Assembly: GCA_964016885.1 (NCBI GenBank)
Contig: OZ024741.1
Location: forward strand, 237,584,001-237,648,000
DNA: 64,000 nucleotides
Source: Eledone cirrhosa
Taxonomy: Eukaryota
Direction: 5' to 3'
How positions within the stretch are numbered: the first letter of the stretch is position 1; each line of letters opens with the position of its first letter. This document shows, one piece after another, positions 58,250 through 64,000 of the stretch. Made by a program: the position numbers and the translations under genes. A model generated the notes under the pieces. The model had not been told where the DNA came from. It saw nothing but the letters and a program-made list of their open reading frames with translations, and did no database searches.

Positions 58250-59500
58250 CAAATGCACCTCATGTACATCAGATGTTGTTGTGACTAGGTTTAGGAGATC
58301 AGCAAAGTATCCTCTCCACTTCACAAGGATGCACCTCTCTGAAGAGAGAAGAACCTTGGACATGTTCCTGATAGCAGGCATGAAGGAGGACTTCTTATTA
58401 CGATGCCAGTGGATTGTGTGCCAGAATATTTTATTTGCTAATCTAAAATCAGATTTTAGCTTAACCCCAAAGTCGTCTCATGTCTTAACTTTTGGGCGCC
58501 TTTACTGTCTCTGCTGCAAACTTTTGCACTTGCTTGCACCACAAGTGAAAGATGGACTTATTTCCAAGCCAAGCTTTGTAAACTTCCTTCTTTTCTTAGA
58601 TGGCATCTTTGACCTCTTGATTGAACCAAGGGGGTCTTATTACCACCCAGTGCCGCACCACAGTATTTAACAGCTGACGTAGAAATTGCCGAGCTGAATA
58701 GTCTCCACTATGACCAGTACTGGAAGCATGGAATGGATGCACAAACGTTGCGTATCTTGAGATCCTAAAGAAGGTCCAGAAGGGATAAAACTTTAACAAT
58801 TGGCAAACGGAACATTACAACCCTTACAAATAAGGAGCAGGAACTTGTGAAGGAAGCCAGATGCTACCGGAGAGATATAGCCAGGGTTTCCTCAACACAG
58901 TTCTGTAGCTCTAGTACTGTGGATTTGGATGGAAGATGGAAATTCCACTGTTCAGGTGTGCTTCCAGAAATGACTGTGCAGGGGCAAGTGGGGATACTCA
59001 CAAGTTGGAATGTTATGAACTAGATCCCATTGGGAGGGAAGATTTGACTCTTGAAGCTTAGGCTAAAAGAAAAGTCACTGTGGATAGTGCAAGTTTATGC
59101 GCCAATCAGAAAATCTGAATACAGATCCTTCTTCCATAAAGTCATTGCAGTATTAGATGTAGTTAAGACAGTCATATATTCTAATGGGAGACTTCAATGC
59201 ACATGTTTGCATTGACCACCTAACATGGACAGGAGTGATTGGAAGGAATTGTGATCCCAATCTTAATACGAATGGAGAGGCCTTATTAGACTTCTGTTTT
59301 ATCAATGTGCTCTCTATTATGAACACCTTCCTGCTCAAAAACATTTATAAATACACATGATATAAGGGTAATCAAGGACAGAGATGAATAGTTGATTTTG
59401 TTATTGTCTCTGATCTCTTCCATTCTGTGCTGGATGTTCATATTAAGTCAGGGGCTGAGCTGTCAACTGGTCACCATCTAGTTATCTGCAAGCTGAGACT
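58250..59500. mobile_element. Rearranged RTE family B copy: minus segment 58250-58710 joined to plus segment 58720-59500
   Basis: 58250-58710 is the reverse complement of about 60680-61120. 58720-59500 matches about 59730-60500 (endonuclease, GDFNAHV, NTNGEALLDFC, STGHHLVIC). Confidence 0.8.
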
Positions 59501-59599
59501 ATTTACTAAAAAAATATTTGTTAAATATAATTCACGGGTTTCAGAAAGTACCAGATTAGTGACTGGTGGATGGTGCAAGGTAAAAAAAAGAATCATACC

Positions 59600-62540
59600 G
59601 CATCGTCCTTTGTGCAAGTTAACAAGGGATGTAGTCAGGCCTGAGGTTGAGGGACCTATTTGAAAAATATATTGCAGTCTCCATTTCATGCTGTAAAAAC
59701 TGACAATGGAATTGCAACCTGTCCTGGGAGGCGTGGGATGGATGCATAAAGATTGCATATCCCAAGACCCCAAAGAGGGTTCAGAAGGGAGCAAACCTTG
59801 ACAATTGGAACCTGGAACATCACAACTCTTGCAAGTAAGGAACAGGAACTACTGGAGGAGGCTAGATGTTACTGACTAAATATAGTTGGGGTTTCCTTAA
59901 CAAAGTTTTGTGGCTCCGGTACTGTAGATTTGGGTGGAGGATGGAAACTCCACTATTCAGGTGTGGCACCAGAAATGACTGCACAGGGAGGAGTGGCGAT
60001 ACTCAAAAGCCCCTGGCTGTTGGAATGTGTTATGGACTGGATATCATTAGGAGGGAGGATTTACCTCTTGAAGCTTCGGCTGAAAGATAGGTCTCTGTGG
60101 GTAGTGTAAGTTTATGCATCAAACAAGGAGCGCAAATATAGATACTTCCTTGATGAAGTCAGTGCAGCATTAGATGTAGTTAAGACTGAGTCATATATCC
60201 AAATGGGAGGCTTCAATGCACATGTTGGCACTGACCACTTGACATGGAAAGGAATGACAATCCAGATTTAAATACGAATGGAAAGGCCTTATTAGACTTC
60301 TGTTCTAGCAATGGACTCTCTATTATGAACACCTTCCAGCACAGAGACATCCATAGATATAAATGGTATAAGAAGAATCAAGAACAGAGGTCAACAATTA
60401 ATTTTGTTATTGTCTCTGATCTCTTTGATTCTGTGTTGGATGTTCATTTTAAGAGAGTGGGAGAGCTGTCAACCGATCACCATCTAGTTATCTGCAACTT
60501 GAGCCTACCTAAAACCAAAGAAGCCCAGAAAACCAGCAGGTCCATGTGGTTGACCCATAGGATAAAGTGGGAAGCTTTGGTGTGTAAAGAAGTCAGGACC
60601 TGGTATGCAGATACTATTGAATCCAAATTCAGAGAACTCTCTGAGCAAACTGAGGACATTAAAATGGAGTCGAGATTATCCAGCTGTTAAATGCCATGGG
60701 CGAAAGAGACTTGGTGTAGTGCCTAATAGTAGGACTCCTCCTTCATTCAATCAAGAGGTCAAAGATATGACCTGAGTAAAGAAGGAGGCCTACACTGTTT
60801 GGCTTGGGAATAAGTCCTCTTTCTTCCACTTGCGGTACAAGCAGGCACAAAGAAACACTGCAGAGACAGTAAAGGCATCCAAAGTTAAGACAAGGGAGGA
60901 CTTAGGGGTTAAGCTGGAATCCAACTTCAGATCAGCAAAAATAGTGGTCTGGCAGACCATCCACCTATTTCATAATAAGAAGTCCTCTTCCTCACCTGCT
61001 ATCAGGAACATGTCTGGGGTTCTCTCTTCAGAGAGGTGCATCCTCATGAAGTGGAAAGAATACTTTGCTGATCACCTAAACCAGGTCACAATAACATCTG
61101 ATGTACATGAGGTGCATCTGGGAGTGATGACTAATCTCACGGATGCTGAGGTCATAAGAGCAATTAGAGAGCTCAAATGTGGCAAGGCCACCGTGTTGGA
61201 TGAAATTTGACCTGAGATGTTAAAAGCCTTAAATAAAGGTGTTCTCTGGTTGACTTGTGTGTGCTTGGTGGCCTGGATTTCTGGATAAGCACCTAAGCAA
61301 TGACAATTGGGATACAAGAGAGGTTGCTCCAATTATAAAGAGATCTCCTTGTTAAGCCTTCCTGGTAAAACCTATGATAAGTGTGTGGCAAAGAGATGTA
61401 GGGAGATTGTCGAGTCCAAGCTAGCTGATGAACTGTGATTTTCACCCCAGATGCAGTACAGCTGACCAAATATTCACACTGTGGCAGGTCTTTGAGAGCA
61501 CTGCCAAGTATTCCTCGAAAAGGCATACAACTATATACCATGGGACCTGCTGTGGAAGGTTCTGTAGGAGTATAAGATCGATGGTCAGCTTCTTGTTACC
61601 CTGATGTCTCTATACGAATGCCCGAGTATTTGTGTTTGGTTAAATGATGCTAAATTGAAACCATTCATGTGGGAGTTGTACTCTACCAAGGGTGTGTACT
61701 GTCACCTCTCCTGTTCATTATTTTCATGATCAGGATTGATATGCTCAGCCTGGTTGGAAGTGGTATCAAGACTGGCAGGTGTAGGATCAGTTGACTGGAA
61801 TTTGCAGATGACATGGTATTATTTAACTTGACAGGTGATCTCCAGCTTGCACTTGATAGGTTTGATGCTGCAGGCTGCATGGTTGGAATGAAAATCAGTG
61901 CTGTAAAGACTGAGACACTCGTCCTCTCAAGGAAGCCTGCGCAGTGCACTCTACATGTGAATGGAGTTCTATTGAGGCAGGTAAAGAAGTTCAAGTATCT
62001 CAGGGCTGTGCTCACAAGTGGTGGAAAGCAGGAGGCTGAATTAAATGCAAGAATTGTGGGAACTGGTGCAGTAATGCGTCAGCTCAGCATTCGGTAATCA
62101 GAAAAAGGGAGGTAGGTGTAAAAGCCAAATGCACTATCTTCAATGCAGCATTCGTGTTAAATCTTTCCTATGATCCCCCAAAAGTATGATCGCGAATACA
62201 AGTGGTTGAAGTGGGGTTCCTCCGAAGGGTCTATTGTGTAATATTACTTGACAGAGAGTTGCTCCAGGTAGAGTCACTACTTCTCCTAATTGAGGGATCA
62301 CAGCTCCGATACTGTTAAGATGTGGTTAGAATGTCCCAGGAGAGAATTGCTGGACAGATTTTACAGGCAAAACCAACCGGCAGGGACCCAGCAAGATGGT
62401 TGAATAACATCCATGAGCTTGGCTGGTCTCACTTGAGGATCCTGCAGGGGATCAACTGGAAATGGTTGCTTCTGACAGGACCCACTGGAAGGAGTGTTTG
62501 AGGACTCTGCCTCTACGACCCTCTCAGAAAGAAGAAGAAT
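59600..62540 (+). mobile_element. Near full-length degenerate RTE-clade LINE (family B): APE endonuclease plus RT, (GAA)n tail
   Basis: IGTWNITTL, GGFNAHVG, NGLSIMNTF, STDHHLV, YKEISLLSLPGK, QGCVLSPLLFIIFM, FADD (61801), VKKFKYL. Tail GAAAGAAGAAGAA. Many stops. Confidence 0.9.
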
Positions 62541-62799
62541 TTAATTTATTAGTGTCTGAAAACGAATTCGTATTAGAAAAAAATAAAGTTATTTAGAACA
62601 TTTATACGATAAATAGTAAAAAAATATTCAGTTTTTGTTGTTACAATTCTTTTACTTTTTCTTATTTCTTTGAATTAAACAGTATGAAGCGATTGAGAAA
62701 GAACTTCATTAAAAAATAACAAATCCGAATCTCCTAGGAAATTATTGTAGAGATGTTACAATTAGATAAATCACCGCTTCTGTGTTAATATAAATATAT

Positions 62800-63175
62800 T
62801 TTATTGTTCGTGTGACGTCAGCAGGTAGCTTTTGGGAAATAAAAAAAAATATTGCTTACATTATTATTTCTTATCTTTCTCCAAAACTCGATAATTTCAT
62901 ATCAATATGTATAAAAAAAGGGAAAACTAAATAAATTGTAAAAAAAAAAAAAATGATATACTGTCTGGCTGTATGTAATATTTGCTAACGTTATTTATCG
63001 AAGGGCGGGGCTTGTGCTTCCTCGCATAAATCAGCGAAGGAAAAAGTCCCCCAATTCTGATAATAAACAATAACAAACATTGAAAAACAAAATATTAGAA
63101 ATTCAAATCCCAAAATACTAATAAAAATTCCCCACAGATGGTCTGAGAAAAAACTGATAGGATTCAGGTGAGTTT
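62800..63175 (+). promoter_or_regulatory. Candidate promoter and first exon of a downstream gene
   Basis: Full CRE TGACGTCA at 62813-62820, GC box GGGCGGGGC at 63003-63011, consensus donor CAG|GTGAGT at 63167/63168, local CpG enrichment. Confidence 0.45.
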
Positions 63176-63367
63176 ATATTTCATTTCTTATGCTATTTTC
63201 TACTAGTTATGTCTGTCCTTCGCTGCATGGAGACAAGAATTACTGCTGCACCAGATTTTTCTCTCTCCCTCTCCCTCTTTGTATTTCTCTCCTGCTTCGG
63301 CTTTAATAAATCGTACAATGAACCCTATATATATGTATATATATGTAATACATACATACTATGTATG

Positions 63368-63405
<38 letters not shown>

Positions 63406-64000
63406 CGTATATAAATAAGCTTCAGATATACACATGCTGACATAGGCAGAATGTATATATTTATTTATTTATTTATATATATACATACATACACATCGCC
63501 ACCTTCATGTAGATCTTTCTACACTTATATACACAGAGCTGTCTTTATGTAGTATCGTTCATTCTTAGGCGATTTTACTCAGAAGTGATTTGTGGTTCTA
63601 CTCTTATTTAAAAAGTAATTGTTTTTTTTTTATACATAGAATGAAGTCTCCATTGTAATAAGGTGGAGGACGATGGTGTGGCTTGTACAAGTCTGGTTTT
63701 ATGAATTTGTACTTTTATATATATATATATAAAACGTTTTAATTCGTGTGATTAGACTTCTGCTAAAAACCTCCTTGTTGTATATAACTCGCATATATGT
63801 GTGTTTCTTTATAAAAACACTCCTTCATGAATATGTTTATACACATATATGTAGGTCATACACATTTTGTCTATACGCACATTTAGGTTCAGTCAAATTT
63901 ATAAAGAAATGGGCACACATTTACATCTTAATGTCCATAAATATACGCGCATCCATACACATACATATATATTCTAAGCTAAAAGGTTGCAGTGACTTCG

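Overview
AT-rich animal genomic DNA. The style of the C2H2 genes, SINEs, RTE/CR1 LINEs and very long (TA)n arrays suggests a coleoid cephalopod, probably an octopus (inference). There are two intact, convergent C2H2 zinc-finger ORFs: an 11-finger polyQ/H/G/N protein at 8031-10292 (+) and a 3-finger RxDHL protein at 48608-49924 (-). A decayed tandem-finger pseudogene lies at about 47.3-48.0 kb. The rest is mostly repeats: two RTE-type LINE families, one with a PHD-like Cys/His module inside ORF2; CR1 3' fragments; a tRNA/CORE SINE sharing its 3' tail with the RTE LINE; a second abundant ~190-bp SINE; several MITEs; a Helitron-type end; a 79-bp higher-order minisatellite; and about 9 kb of (TA)n arrays. 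The least explained signal is a dense set of unrelated inverted repeats at 12-24 kb, including a ~600-bp palindrome split by a CR1 insertion. No CRISPR array, rRNA or functional tRNA is supported. All alignments were read by eye, so repeat boundaries are approximate.
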